Shown here one piece after another: positions 15,275 to 26,946 of a stretch of 64,000 bases of DNA. Position 1 is the first letter of the stretch. Every line of letters starts with the position of its first letter. This DNA is from Rebecca billardiae RCC1528. Its lineage: Eukaryota; Protista; Haptophyta. The translations under genes were made by a program, and so were the position numbers. Under the pieces are notes generated by a model that saw nothing but the letters and a program-made list of their open reading frames with translations, made no database searches and was not told the DNA's origin. The DNA lies in contig OZ251246.1 of assembly GCA_965240325.2 (NCBI GenBank), positions 434,001-498,000 of the forward strand, given 5' to 3'.

Positions 15275-16407
15275 ATGGCTGGACGGTCGGGTCACGCCCT
15301 TCTTCGGCATCTCGCCGGCGCATGGACGCGTCGCCCAGGCGCGCGGCGGGCATTCGCCAGTACCGACGCTGCGGCAGGCCTACCATCCACCCCTCGCAGA
15401 CCCGCGGTCGAGCCGCCATCTTTCGAGCAGCTGCGCAAGCAGATGGTCGCCGCGGCGGTGCCAATGGTCGGGTTTGGCATCATGGACAACACGATCATGA
15501 TTTTCGCGGGCGACTACATCGACGCGACGTTCGGGGTGATGCTCGGGCTCTCGACGCTCACGGCCGCGGCGATGGGGCAGGTGCTCAGCGACTTCTGCGG
15601 CGTGTGTTTCGGTGGGACGGTTGAGGCGCTCGCCGCGCGCTGCGGCCTCCCAGACCCCAAGCTGACGTCCGCGCAGAGGAGGCTGCCGATCGTGGGCACT
15701 GTGACGACGGCGGGCGCGGCGATCGGCGTGCTCACCGGCTGCTGCATCGGCATGACCTCCCTCCTCTTCAAGGACCTCGACAAGGCCGACCGCGAGCGCC
15801 GCGCCCGCCGCCTCGAGTACGTCTTCACCACCGTGCTGCGCAACGGCCACGAAGTGCTGGGCGCGGAGCGCGCGACGCTGTGGCTGTACGACAAGGAGAA
15901 GAACGAGCTGTGGACGAGGACAACATCCGCAGTGGACACGTGCGCGCGCGCGCGCGCGCGCCCCGACCGCGCCCGTGTCCCCATGCCGCGAACGCACTGA
16001 CCGCTGCTCCTGCTCTCGCGCGCGCACCCGCGCCGCGCCTTCATTTGGGCAATAATTCATGACTGCTTGGTGGCCACAGCCAGCAGGAGGCGCACAAAAG
16101 CCTGCAGCTGATCCGGCTGCCCATCTCGAGCAGGTCGATCGCGGGCGCGTGCGCGGAGACGAAGCGCTCGATCTGCGTGCCCGACGCGTACGCAGACCCG
16201 CGCTTCAACAAGGAAGTCGACCAGAAGACCGGCCTGAACACCAAATCTATTCTGGTCTCGCCGGTCGTGGACACGGAGGGCGAGCTGCTCGGCGTCGTGC
16301 AGTGCGTGAACAAGAGCGAGGGAGGCCAGTTCACGCAGGAGGACGAGAGGGTGCTCAACACGCTGGCCCTGCACATCTCGATCTTTATCGAGTGCAATGC
16401 GGAGTGA
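15275..16407 (+). CDS. TMEM65-family protein fused to a C-terminal GAF domain; intron 15940-16079
   Basis: Arg-rich presequence-like N-terminus, then the TMEM65 signature PMVGFGIMDNTIMIFAGDYID...STLTAAAMGQVLSD...GCCIGM. A phase-2 intron joins AERATLWLYDKEKNELW to ...DAYADPRFNKEVDQKTGLNTKSILVSP...GVVQCVNK...FTQEDE (GAF). Confidence 0.9.
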
Positions 16408-16536
16408 CGTCCGCAGCCTACTTTCCCTACTCCGCAATCCGCCCGTCGAAAGTCGCGATTTCAGCAGATTTGATGGCGCAAATAAATAATGCATGTGACC
16501 GCCGCGAGCGCGCCGACGACTCGGACCGCCGACGAG

Positions 16537-17666
16537 CAGGGGCGTTCCCCGCGCGGGTCATGCGCCAATAAAAACTCACGCGCGAAAACAAAGCGCGGAA
16601 AATGAAAACGCGCTTGGCGCCGAAGGCGCGCTGGCGTCGATGGGCGCTTGGCGCGCGCGCGGCGCGGCGCGCTGCGGCCGTCGAGTTGCCATGCGAAGGC
16701 GGCGCGTTGCGTGCGTGGCATCGGAACGCTGCCGTGCTCCGCACTGCGCCCCGCAGCTCGCTCCTCGTCGACTTTGCTGCGCCTACGATCAGCGCGCACG
16801 CGAGCGTCGCCTCGGAATGAGCAGCCCGCGCCGGCCTCAGCCGTGAGCACCCGCCTGGCGCGCGATGCGATCAACTCGGGGCACGAGCTGCGGCTGGGCG
16901 AGGAAGCATGTGCCTGCGCGCAAGCCGCGCCGCCTTGAGACATCGATCGTGCGCGTTGATGCAGCTTCAGACGGCTGTCGACGAATGCCCATCAGCCTGC
17001 ACGAGCCTTGCATGCAGTGGAGATGAAACAACGGACCGTGAGCGCCCTGAAGCGATGAATAGGAGTCTTCGGGTTGCGTGTGCGCACAGCAACTCGTGTA
17101 CATCTATGCATCGCATGCGCGCGTGGCTGCCATCATGCCTTGCTTAAGCAGTTGCTCTGATAAGGAGTCCTTTCAAGGACACCGCGACAATGCGCAAGGG
17201 CAAGAAGAATAGTTGCGTGCAAGGTGCGTGCCCTGCTCACGATCGGTGTCTCAAGGCGGCGCGGCTTGCGCGCAGGCACATGCTTCCTCGCCCAGCCGCA
17301 GCTCGTGCCCCGAGTTGATCGCATCGCGCGCCAGGCGGGCGCTCACGGCTGAGGCCGGCGCGGGCTGCTCATTCCGAGGCGACGCTGGCGTGCGCGCTGA
17401 TCGTAGGCGCAGCAAAGTCGACGAGGAGCGAGCTGCGGGGCGCAGTGCGGAGCACGGCAGCGTTCAGATGCCACGCACGCAACGCGCCGCCTTCGCATGG
17501 CAACTCGACGGCCGCAGCGCGCCGCGCCGCGCGCGCGCCAAGCGCTGGTGCGCCGCAGTCCGGGTTGGCGGCCGCCACTGCCGCAGCGCCAGTCCGGAAG
17601 GCAAAGCCCCCGCAGCGGGGGCTTTGCTTTTCAGGAGCGTGTGGCAGGATCCCGGGAACGCCCTTG
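16537..17666. mobile_element. Non-autonomous foldback element, copy 1 (1130 bp)
   Basis: Termini CAGGGGCGTTCCC / GGGAACGCCCTTG. Internal ~308-bp inverted arms at 16644-16951 and 17238-17545 with ~4 mismatches. Homologous to the element at 24278-25386. No clean TSD. Confidence 0.8.
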
Positions 17667-17864
17667 CTGCTAGCTGAGCGCTTGCATCAGGCTCATCGAC
17701 ATCAGAGCGGCAGCATGCAGTCGTGCCGCACTCTGCTCCGATATATATTAACTGCTGTGAGAGTCTATACAGCAGATCGATGAGTCACTGCTGCGCTGCA
17801 ATGACTGACGAGCGGTCGTGCGCGGTGCGCCTCGTGCGCGGGACTGTCAGCCGACGGAGGACGG

Positions 17865-19779
17865 TCACAAGTTGGAGAGGTGCGCCTTCACCTTCTTGAA
17901 CAGCTCGTGGAACGCAAACTGGTCGCCCTGCATGCGCTCGAAGGAGATTTGGTACGTGCCAGGCTCGCGCGCCGGCAGGATGAGCGCGCGGCAGCGCAGG
18001 CCGTTGGCTGGCGCGCGTGGAGGGCAGAGGCAGGCGCCGCGGCGCCGAGCAGGGTGGGTCAGGGCGAAGCGCGCGCGGCGCGCGGCGCGCGGCGCGCAGC
18101 GCGCGGCGCGCACGCACCTGCGTGCGCCGTGATCGCGAAGACCTCGCCGCCCTGCCGCTCGCTCACGTCAACGTCGCAGCCGAGCGCGTGCGAGGCGAAA
18201 GCGTCCTGCGCGGCGCGGGGGGGGGGGGGGGCGGCGCGGCGCGGCGCCGAGCTCGCGGTCAGATCGCAATCTCCGAGGTTCGAGAGTGCGGTGGATGAAC
18301 AGCGCGGCGGGCGCCCTGTGGCGCAGGTGTCGGAGATCGCGATCTCGCGATCTGACCGGAGATCGCGATCTCGCGATCTGACCGCGAGCACCGCCGCGCC
18401 CTGTGCTGCACAGTTGGCGTGGCGGGTCCGGCACGAGCAATGCCAGCCGCCGCGCACGCAGCCAGCCAGCGGCAGCAGCGCAGGCAGAGTGGCGGTGCCG
18501 ACTGCTGCCGGGGCAAGGACCGCGTGCGGAGCCATCGCAGCGGGCGCGGCGCGCGTGCACCGCACCTGTAGCCACAAGGACAGGTACTCCGGCTCGCGGT
18601 TCGCCGCGCTGAAGCCGAGCCGCTTCACGTACATCACCTGCCCCACCCAGGTCGGGTCCACAGGCGGTGCGCCGCCCTGCCCGCCCGCCGCGCCGCCGGC
18701 GGCGCGGCCGGGCGGCAGCGCGACCGTGCCGTCCTGAGCCTCAGACACGACGATGCGCGCGGGCTTGTGCGGCACGCTCGGCAGCAGCGGCCGCTCGGCG
18801 GAGTAGTGCGTCGCCACCTTGAAGAACTGCTGCGGGCGCAGGTTCACCAGCGGCGAGAGCATACTCGAGTAGTCCTGCGGGGCCGTGGAGAAAAAGAAAA
18901 AGGAAAGAATTCAAAATAAAGAAAGGTCACCCGAGCGAGCGGGAGGGCGCGCGGGGACAGTTGGGCCGACACCGTTGGGCGCGGCACACAGGCGCGTGGG
19001 GCGAGCGGCTTCGCGTCAGCACGCGCGCGCACGCACGCGCACGGCACGCACGCATGCGCGCGCGAAAACAGGCGTGCGCACGTGCGTGGCCCCGTCCTCC
19101 AATCATCCCACGCGCCATTCGGGCGCGCCGCGCCGGGGCACGCCACGCCACACACGCCACGCCACACACGCCGCGCCACACACGCCGCGCCACACACGCC
19201 GCGCCACACACGCCACGCCACACACGCCACGCCACACACGCCGCCCGCGCGTGGGCCCATGGGAGGGAGGCCACGGGCGCGTGGGCCCACGGGTGCCGGG
19301 GGCCGCGGGTGCGGGGGGGGGCGCACCTTGAGGACGCCCTTGAAGAGGATCGGCCGCCCGCCGTACTCGATCGGGTGCACGGTGAGGATGTTCCAAAACG
19401 CTTCGCCGCCCTTCCGATAGTTGAGGAGCTGCACCTTGCATGGCTGGCCGCGGCGCACGGCGGCGCCGAGCGCCGTGATGCACTGCTGGTCGGTGAGAAG
19501 GCCCTGGGTGAGCCGCGCGTTCCGGCCGACCACCTCGTGCCGCGCGTACCCGCACATCGACGACCACGCGCCCGTCACCGCGACGATCGGGTTGGTCGGC
19601 TGTGTCGCGTCGGTGACCACCACCGAGTCAGTATCGTCGTCCAAGTTGCCCATTACCCACTCGACGATCTGGTCCTTGACCGCCTGCACGCGCGCAGAGG
19701 CCGGCGAGGGGCTCCGCCCGCCGCACGGCCGGATCTCCTCGACCGGGTCGTCGTCGCCGCCACCGTGCCCGCCGCCGGT

Positions 19780-19820
<41 letters not shown>

Positions 19821-22800
19821 CGCCGCCGCCGCCGCCGTCGCCCGCCGCGCCGCCCCCGGCTGTGTCCTCGCCGTCGCCGTCTGCGCCGTTCCCACGGGCT
19901 CTTTTCTGCGGCGGCGGCGAGTCGACTTGGCGGGTGCTCACGACGCCCCCGCCCGCGCCGCCGCCGACGGCGCTCAGCGCGCCGCTGCGCGCGAGCGCCG
20001 CGCGAGCGCCGCTCCCATCGGCGGCGCACGCAAGCGATTCGCATGCCGGCGCGGGCGCGCACGCCGGCGCGGGCGCGCACGCCGGCGTGGGCCTCCGCTG
20101 TGCCGCCTCCGACGCAGCAGCCGTCAGCACGGGGCGGGGCACCAGCACGGGAGGGCCTGGCGGCGAGGGCGCGCCCACGTGCGCGTCCGCGCACGGCCGC
20201 TTGCCCAGCGCCGAGCCCTCGTGCACCACTGCGGGCGCGGCCGCCGGCGCGCCGCAGGCCGCGGGCACCGGCGGCGGCGGCGGCGGCGCGGCGGGAACGG
20301 CGGCAGAGAGGCCACCGGTGGCGCCCGGCCCGCTCAGCATGGCTGCCGCCGCGCCACCCGCGCGCAGCTGCCGCGCGAGCTGCGTGATGTGGGAGAAGGA
20401 GGAGGTCGAGACTTGGCCGCGCCGCATACCGGTGCCCGCTGCCACGAGAGGCGCGCCGCCAAGAATCAGCGAGCCACCGGCGGCGCCGCCCGGCAGAGGC
20501 GCGGCACCGGCCGAGGTGGCGCGCGGCGGCAGCGGCGTGCTGACAGGCGCGCCGTGCGAGCGCGCGCCGGCCGAAGGCGGCGGCTGCATCGACAGGAGCT
20601 GCTGCTGCTGCTGCTGCTGCTGCGGCTGTGGCGGCGGCGGCGGCGGCTGCTGCTGCTGCGGCGGCGGCGGCGGCGGCGGCTGCGGCTGCGTGTGCGGCGG
20701 GGCAGCGCCCGGCTGCGGCGGCGACACGGCGCGCGGCGCCTCGGCGGGCGAGGCGCGGCTTGGCGGGCCCGCGCTGCTGCCGCTGCCGCCGGCGGCATGC
20801 GCCTCCTGCGTCGGCCCACCAGCCGCCGCCGCCGCGCCATCCGCGCCGGCCAGCAGAATTGGGTCGAGCGCGCGCGGACGAGGCGTGCTCAGCGGCGTGC
20901 CGAGCGTGCCGCCCATGCCGCCGCCGAGCGCGGCCGAGCCCAGCGCGTGCAGCGCGCCGCCCTCGTGCTGCTGCTGCTGCGGCGATCGGGTGCACCACGA
21001 CTCGTACCCGGAGCCGCCGCGAGCGCCCGGCTCGAAACCGCCGAAACCGCCGCCGTAACCGCCGCCGTAACCGCCGCCAAAACCGCCGCCAAAACCGCCG
21101 CCAAAACCCGTTGCGCCGCCGCGGCCCGCCGCGCCGCCGCCGCCCGACGCCAGCGGGTCGGTGGGCTTCGAGGCGAGCGCGGCGACGCCGACGGCGGCGG
21201 GCGGGGGCGCCGTGCCGAGCGGCGAGCCAGAGCTCAGCGCGGGCGCGCAGGTGATCGATGGCGGCGGCGAGAGGCGCGGCAAGAGCTCGAACCCCGCCGC
21301 GGCCACGGGCGGCGCGCCGTGCGCGTGCGCGGCCGGCGCGCGCGCCGCCGGGGCCAGCCTGCACGGCGCGACGGCGGCGGCGGCGGAGGTCGTCGCGGGC
21401 GTGGCGGGCACGACCGACGCGGCGCCCGCCGCCGCCAGCTGCGCGCCCGCGCGCTCGAGCCAGCCGTTTGCGAGCAGCGCCGCCGGACTTGGCCGACGCA
21501 GCGGGTCCGGACAGAGCATCGATGCAATGTGCATGTGCAGCGCGGCCGAGTGCCCCTCGCACGCGGCCGCCGGCAGCGCGGCCACGAAGCGCGCGGCGAA
21601 GGCGAGGTGCGACCTGCGCGCCGGCGCGCCGGACGCCGCCTCCGCCGCCGCCGCCTCCGCCGCGGCGCGCGCGTACGCGCCGTAAGCCTCGCTGCCGCCC
21701 TCGCCCTGGGAGATTGCGATCTCCCACGGCATCTCGCCGTGGGTGAGCGCGTACGTGAACACGCCGAGCGCCCACACGTTCGCCGCCTGCGCGCACGTCA
21801 GCGCGAGCGTGCCGCCGACCTGCCCGCCGCCCACGCTCGCGTACGCCGCCGCGGCGCGCGCCTCCGCGGCCGCCAGCTCATCCGGCACAGCTCCGCCGTG
21901 CCGCCGCAGCGCGAGCAGCTCGGGCGCGGCGTACGCGGAGCCGGCCGTGCCGGCGGCGCACCCGAGCGTGCACGCCTCGAGCGTGCCCGGCGCGCGCGCC
22001 GGCCCGACGCAGCCGGCCACGCTCAGCTTCACCCGCCCCTCCGAGTCCAAAAGGCACTTGCTCGCGCGCAGCCGCGTGTGCGCGAGCCCGCGCGCGTGCA
22101 CGTAGCCCAGGCCTGTGGTGAGCCGCTGCGCGAGCGAGCGGCACGCACGGCGGGCAGGGCGCGGGCGGCGCGAGGCGCGGCTCAGAGCCGGCGCGGCCGA
22201 GCGGCGCGGTGGCCGCGCGCCTGCCGCGCACGGCTTCGCGCCCGCACCCGAATGTGTGCGTGGGCGGTCGACTCGTGCAGCCCTGCGCACTCGTCCGCAC
22301 ACTCGAGGAGGAGGTCGAGCAGGTCGCCGCCGGCGCACAGCTCGGTGATGTACACGCACGTCTGGCCGTCCTCCGCCAGCCAGAAGCCGAGCGTTGCCAC
22401 CACGCACGGGTGCGTCAGCCCGAACAACGCCTCCGCCTGTCGCGCACGCCGGATGGCGCGCAGAGCGGCGGCGGTGGCGGCGGCGTCAGCAGGCGAGTGG
22501 CACGTGGGTCGAGGGCGCGCATGGCGAGGCGGGCGCAGCGCACCATCTCTGCAGCGTGCGCGCTCGGCACGCAGATCTTGGCGGCCGCGTGCTCGCCCGT
22601 GTCAGCGTTGCGCGCGACGCGAATCTCGCTCGATTCGGAGATGTGGAGCACGCCGAGGGGCGAGGAGTCCACGATGAAACGACCGCGTTCACAAGTCACC
22701 TCGTCGACACCCGCCTTGGCGAACGTGGGCCCGCCCGAGTCGAGCGAGCTCGTGGCGAGCGACATGAGCGGAGGGTTGGGGGGCCACCCTGAAAGAATCT

Positions 22801-22873
22801 GCTGGCTCACAACCTTCGCCGAGTTGATGTGCTTGTGCAAAAGGTGCGCGGCGGAAGGACTGGCTGCCATCAC
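17865..22873 (-). CDS. Ser/Thr pseudokinase - low-complexity linker - Cys-less LOV(PAS) domain - KA1-like domain
   Basis: Introns 22437-22543, 22126-22247, 18875-19326, 18206-18565 and 18008-18117 are all GT-AG and frame-preserving. Kinase motifs AAKI, HPCVV, TELCAGGDL, YAAPE, NVWALGV. LOV motifs DSVVVTD...NPIV...GY...EVVGRNARLTQG...NYRKGGEAFWN. C-terminal VKRLGF...ISFERMQGDQFAFHELFKKVK. Confidence 0.85.
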
Positions 22874-24277
22874 TCATTGATGAAAGGGGTTGGGCTAATG
22901 AGCAATCCACACGTTCCATATCATCATCCGTACGGCATCTGCCGAGCTAATGCGCAAGGCCTAGGTACCGCTGCCCATCAAGCGGTAGAGGATGACAATC
23001 TCGATCCTTCAGCGCGAATCTCATCATATGAGCCACATGCTTCTAGAAACTTATCATAGCATCGGCAATTAAGTCATTAGACAAGCCCGACTGGCGGCGA
23101 AACCCTTATATATATAGGGGTAGCTCGGGTTTCGATGAGAAGAGATTCACCTGTATCATTCCGAGTCCACTCCGAGCTCATCACAACGGCGGCGGCATCA
23201 TTATCATCACCCCGCCCCTTGATTCCTTTGGTTGGAGGAAGAGCTCTCGATCGGAAGGCGGTGGAGCACATTCGTGGTCGTCTTTTAAACAGCGGGGGCC
23301 TGGCGGCCTTGTCCCGGTGGGGCTGGTCGAACACAGCGCGTCCTAAGCTGGTTAGGGCCGGCAGACCCGAAGACGATGGGACGAGTTGGCCGTTCAGCGC
23401 TGACTAACGGTATCATCCGGTGGCGCGCCGCAGGCGCGCGCGCGCGGCGCCGGCAGCACGGTACCGCACCGCCACCGCGGTTCTGCACGCAGCCCACCGA
23501 GGCGCACGGCGAGGCGCCCGTCGATGCAGTCGTCGCTGCGCACGGCCGCTCGGGCACGACGGCGCGGCAACGGCACGCACCGCGGATGACCCACCGGGCT
23601 CGGGTCTGCAGGTGCGGGGCGAGCGGCGCACGGGGCACAACCGACTGCATGGCGTAGGCTTGCAGCCGTCGCTGAGCACGGCCCGTCGGGCACGACATGG
23701 TACGAGCGGCTCGCGTCGGTGTGCATGTTGTGTTGTGCAGCTCGCGCCGGCGGGCACGCACCTCCGCAATGGCGCCGCGAGCCGCGCGCGGCGCGGGTGA
23801 CGGCTCGAAGGCCGCGCCCGTTGATGACGAGCCAGCTCGAGTAGTAGTCGGGCAAGTCGGTGAGCGGGTGGCTTATGGTAGGCTTGTGGTACGAGCTTCT
23901 CCATGAGGCCGTTCGTGCACGTCATCTGATGCGGCTGCGGCTGCTTGATCGCCGCCACGTGCCGCTGGATCTCCGCCAGATCGGCGCAGTACCTCGCGAC
24001 GCCGACGATGGCATCTGTGGCGCTGGGTTTGGCGGAGGCCCGCGGAGCTGATGACCTGATCCTCGTCGCACACGTACGTGTGTGCGAGTGCGAGCGCGAG
24101 TGCCGGCAGCGTCGTCGAGCCACGCCGGCTGAGCGCCGTTCTGCGTGTCGCGCGTGGCCTTCACCTCCTGCAGCAGCGCGCTGAGCTCGTTCGTCAAGAC
24201 AGTACTCAATCGTGTGTGCCGAGCGCACGCGGCGCGGTGAGTAATCGTCGCGGTTCCTGAACTTGGGAGCGGATGGT

Positions 24278-25386
24278 CAAGGGTGTCCAGGGTCCGCAAC
24301 AGCCAGTGCGCAGCGCGGCAGAGGCTGTGACATCGCGAGGTCGCCGCTCGCCAGTGGGACTCGCCCGCCCGCCGCCGTGCACGCCGGCGGAGCCGCTCGC
24401 GCCGTGCGCTCCTGCGGCCGTCGGATCGGGCTGCGTAGGCGGCGCGCGGCTTGGGCCGTCGCAGAGCCACCCAGCGCCCCTCTCTGCGCCGCGCGCCTTC
24501 CTCGTCCTCGCCTTCTCCGCGCCTTGGAGCAGCACGCACACGCGCGGCGCCGCACAAAGGCAGCCCAGGCGCTCGCGTGCAAGCGTGCGCGCGCGCAGCG
24601 CGACGGGCTCGACTCGGGGCTCGCGCCGCTGCGGGGGCATGCAGTACCGTCCCATGCGCGCGCGACGCCACCTCGAGCCTGCGCATCGCTGTGACCGTCA
24701 CGCGCCAAATGCTCACACGACCTCGTGTTGAAGTAGGCCCAATCTGACCAGAACCGGCCATGCGTCAGGACAACTTCTTAGGCAAGACACGATGACAGCT
24801 ACGACGCGGCGCTTCTCAGCAAGCGTGGAGACCACAAGACAAGCGCACGCAAGCATGACCGTCTCCGCATCGATCGCGTCGACGCCCTCAAGGCCCGTTG
24901 TGGAAGCTTCCGTCGCACGTGTGATGATGCCAAGTCAGACCATTTTGTAACGTGCATCAGCGTGCACTGACGGTCAAACGCGCAGGTTCGAGGTGGCGTC
25001 GCGCGCGCATGGGATGGTGCTGCATGCCCCCGCAGCGGCGCGAGCCCCGAGTCGAGCCCGTTGCGCTGCGCGCGCGCACGCTTGCACGCGAGCGCCTGGG
25101 CTGCCTTTGTGCGGCGCCGCGCGTGTGCGTGCTGCTCCAAGGCGCGGAGAAGGCGAGGACGAGGAAGGCGCGCGGCGCAGCGAGGGGCGCTGGGTGGCTC
25201 AGCGACGGCCCAAGCCGCGCGCCGCCTACGCAGCCCGATCCGACGGCCGCAGGAGCGCACGGCGCGAGCGGCTCCGCCGGCGTGCACGGCGGCGGGCGGG
25301 CGAGTCCCACTGGCGAGCGGCGACCTCGCGATGTCACAGCCTCTGCCGCGCTGCGCACTGGCTGTTGCGGACCCTGGACACCCTTG
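24278..25386. mobile_element. Non-autonomous foldback element, copy 2 (1109 bp), with 7-bp TSD GGATGGT
   Basis: ~420-bp inverted arms at 24278-24700 and 24968-25386, starting CAAGGGTGTCC and ending GGACACCCTTG. GGATGGT lies directly on both sides (24271-24277, 25387-25393). Confidence 0.9.
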
Positions 25387-26169
25387 GGATGGTCAAGGGA
25401 GGTGCGGATGGTCGTAGAAAAGCGTCAACAAATAGGTGGGAATCGCAACGATGTCCCTATGAGGCGCGCTCAAAAAGGTAACGACATGCGATCTCGATTC
25501 CCGAGGCGTGCCCAATCAAAAAACGTTTCGGGCGTCATTCTTCGTATTCCTACTCCGATATTACTTGGGACAGCAGTACGTCACACACAATTAATGGGGA
25601 TCGGAGCTGGGTCTCCCAGAGCTTTATGAATAGAATTAAAATTCTTTAAAAAAAGCTGTGTTCACTACCAGAATTAGACATTAGTTGAGCCGGGTACTAG
25701 CTGCCACTGTTCACTATCGTCGACTGATACTATCGTCACTCGTCAGCGACGTCAGCCGCGCTACTTGCAACTGCGGCAGCTCGCGCCCACTGAATCGCGC
25801 GGTGAATGATAGCACGGCACAACGGTAGAGCGTCTCGTGGCAAGGCCCACGGCTGCGCAGCGTCTGAGTGCGATCTGAAGCCCACTCTCAGTCTCACTCT
25901 GGCCACTCTTGGTCTCTTGATGATGTCGATCAGACTTGTCCAGTGCAGCGGCGCAGCCGGGCCCGGGGAGCAGCGCGTGGCACGGCACCGTGCCTGACGC
26001 GGTACGTCGTCAGAAGCCACCAACGGTGCCGCGGCTTGCGAGTGTGAGCGGACTGAGTCCGTCCGCGAGTGCGGGGCGCTCGCGGTCTGCCAGGCGGGTC
26101 AGGCGCAGAATGCTGTTGGGAGCCTGCCACGGGCAACAGCGCAGCCGTGGCGCGCCGCTTCGCAGGCCG

Positions 26170-26478
26170 GCCGGACCACGCCGCCCAGCACGGCCGCGCG
26201 GCCGCCGCCCGGCGGCGCCTGCTTCACCTGCTCGCGCCACGCCGGCTTGGAGAAGTGGCCAATGAGCTCACAGGCCGGGGACCACGCCGCCCAGCACGGC
26301 CGCGCGGCCGCCGCCCGGCGGCGCCTGCTTCACCTGCTCGCGCCGCGCCAGCTTGGAGAAGCGGCCAATGAGCTCACAGGCCGGGGACCACGCCGCCCAG
26401 CACGGCCGCGCGGCCGCCGCCCGGCGGCGCCTGCTTCACCTGCTCGCGCCACGCCGGCTTGGAGAAGCGGCCAATGAA
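26170..26478. repeat. Three ~106-bp tandem copies of the 3' end of the adjacent coiled-coil gene
   Basis: GGACCACGCCGCCCAGCAC...GGCCAATGA recurs at about 26173, 26279 and 26385. Confidence 0.9.
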
Positions 26479-26946
26479 CTCGTCGCCACGAGCCGCCTCG
26501 GTCGTGATGTCGTCGAGCTTGGCCTCGCGCGCGGCCTCGAGCTTCTGCCGCATGAGCCGCGCGTTGTCCTCCATCGCGCGCCGCGTCTCCTCCCGCCGCT
26601 GCGCGTTCTCGCGCACCTTCGCGTCGAAGTCGAAGTTGCCCGGCAGCAGGTCGAGCTCGCGGTCTCGCGCTTTCTGCTCGCGCTCAGCCGCCTCCTTCAG
26701 CGCGAGCGCCTGGTCGCGCTGGCTCTGCAGGCGCGCGTGCATCTCCTCGCGGTCGAACTCGTGGATGTGCCCCCACCGCTCGCGCTCGCGCTCGGCCTCC
26801 GCCCGCTGCGCCGCCTTGAGCCGCAGCACGTCCTGCTCGTGCTGCCACTCCTTCTCGATCGATTCCTCGTTGATCCGCCCCGCGGCCGGGCGCTTGGGCC
26901 GGAGGAGGATCGAGCCCCTTGCGGGCGTGGAGGGGGCCGGGATCAT
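26374..26946 (-). CDS. Small charged coiled-coil protein (~190 aa), function unknown
   Basis: MIPAPST...EESIEKEWQHEQDVLRLK...RRAMEDNARLMRQK; E/R/A-rich helical composition. Divergent from the GT41 gene. Confidence 0.6.
   Translation of the reverse strand: MIPAPSTPARGSILLRPKRPAAGRINEESIEKEWQHEQDVLRLKAAQRAEAERERERWGHIHEFDREEMHARLQSQRDQALALKEAAEREQKARDRELDLLPGNFDFDAKVRENAQRREETRRAMEDNARLMRQKLEAAREAKLDDITTEAARGDEFIGRFSKPAWREQVKQAPPGGGRAAVLGGVVPGL

Noticed and set aside
16641-17548. 3-bp TGG TSD around the 308-bp arms
   Set aside because: Homology with the 24278-25386 element places the real termini farther out (16537/17666), and a 3-bp match is expected by chance.
18961-22677. 1238-aa plus-strand ORF and other long Arg/Ala-rich ORFs
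   Set aside because: Antisense or off-frame shadows of real genes, caused by the rarity of stop codons at very high GC.
22900-24270. Short ORFs upstream of the kinase gene
   Set aside because: No recognisable domain or consistent splice structure.
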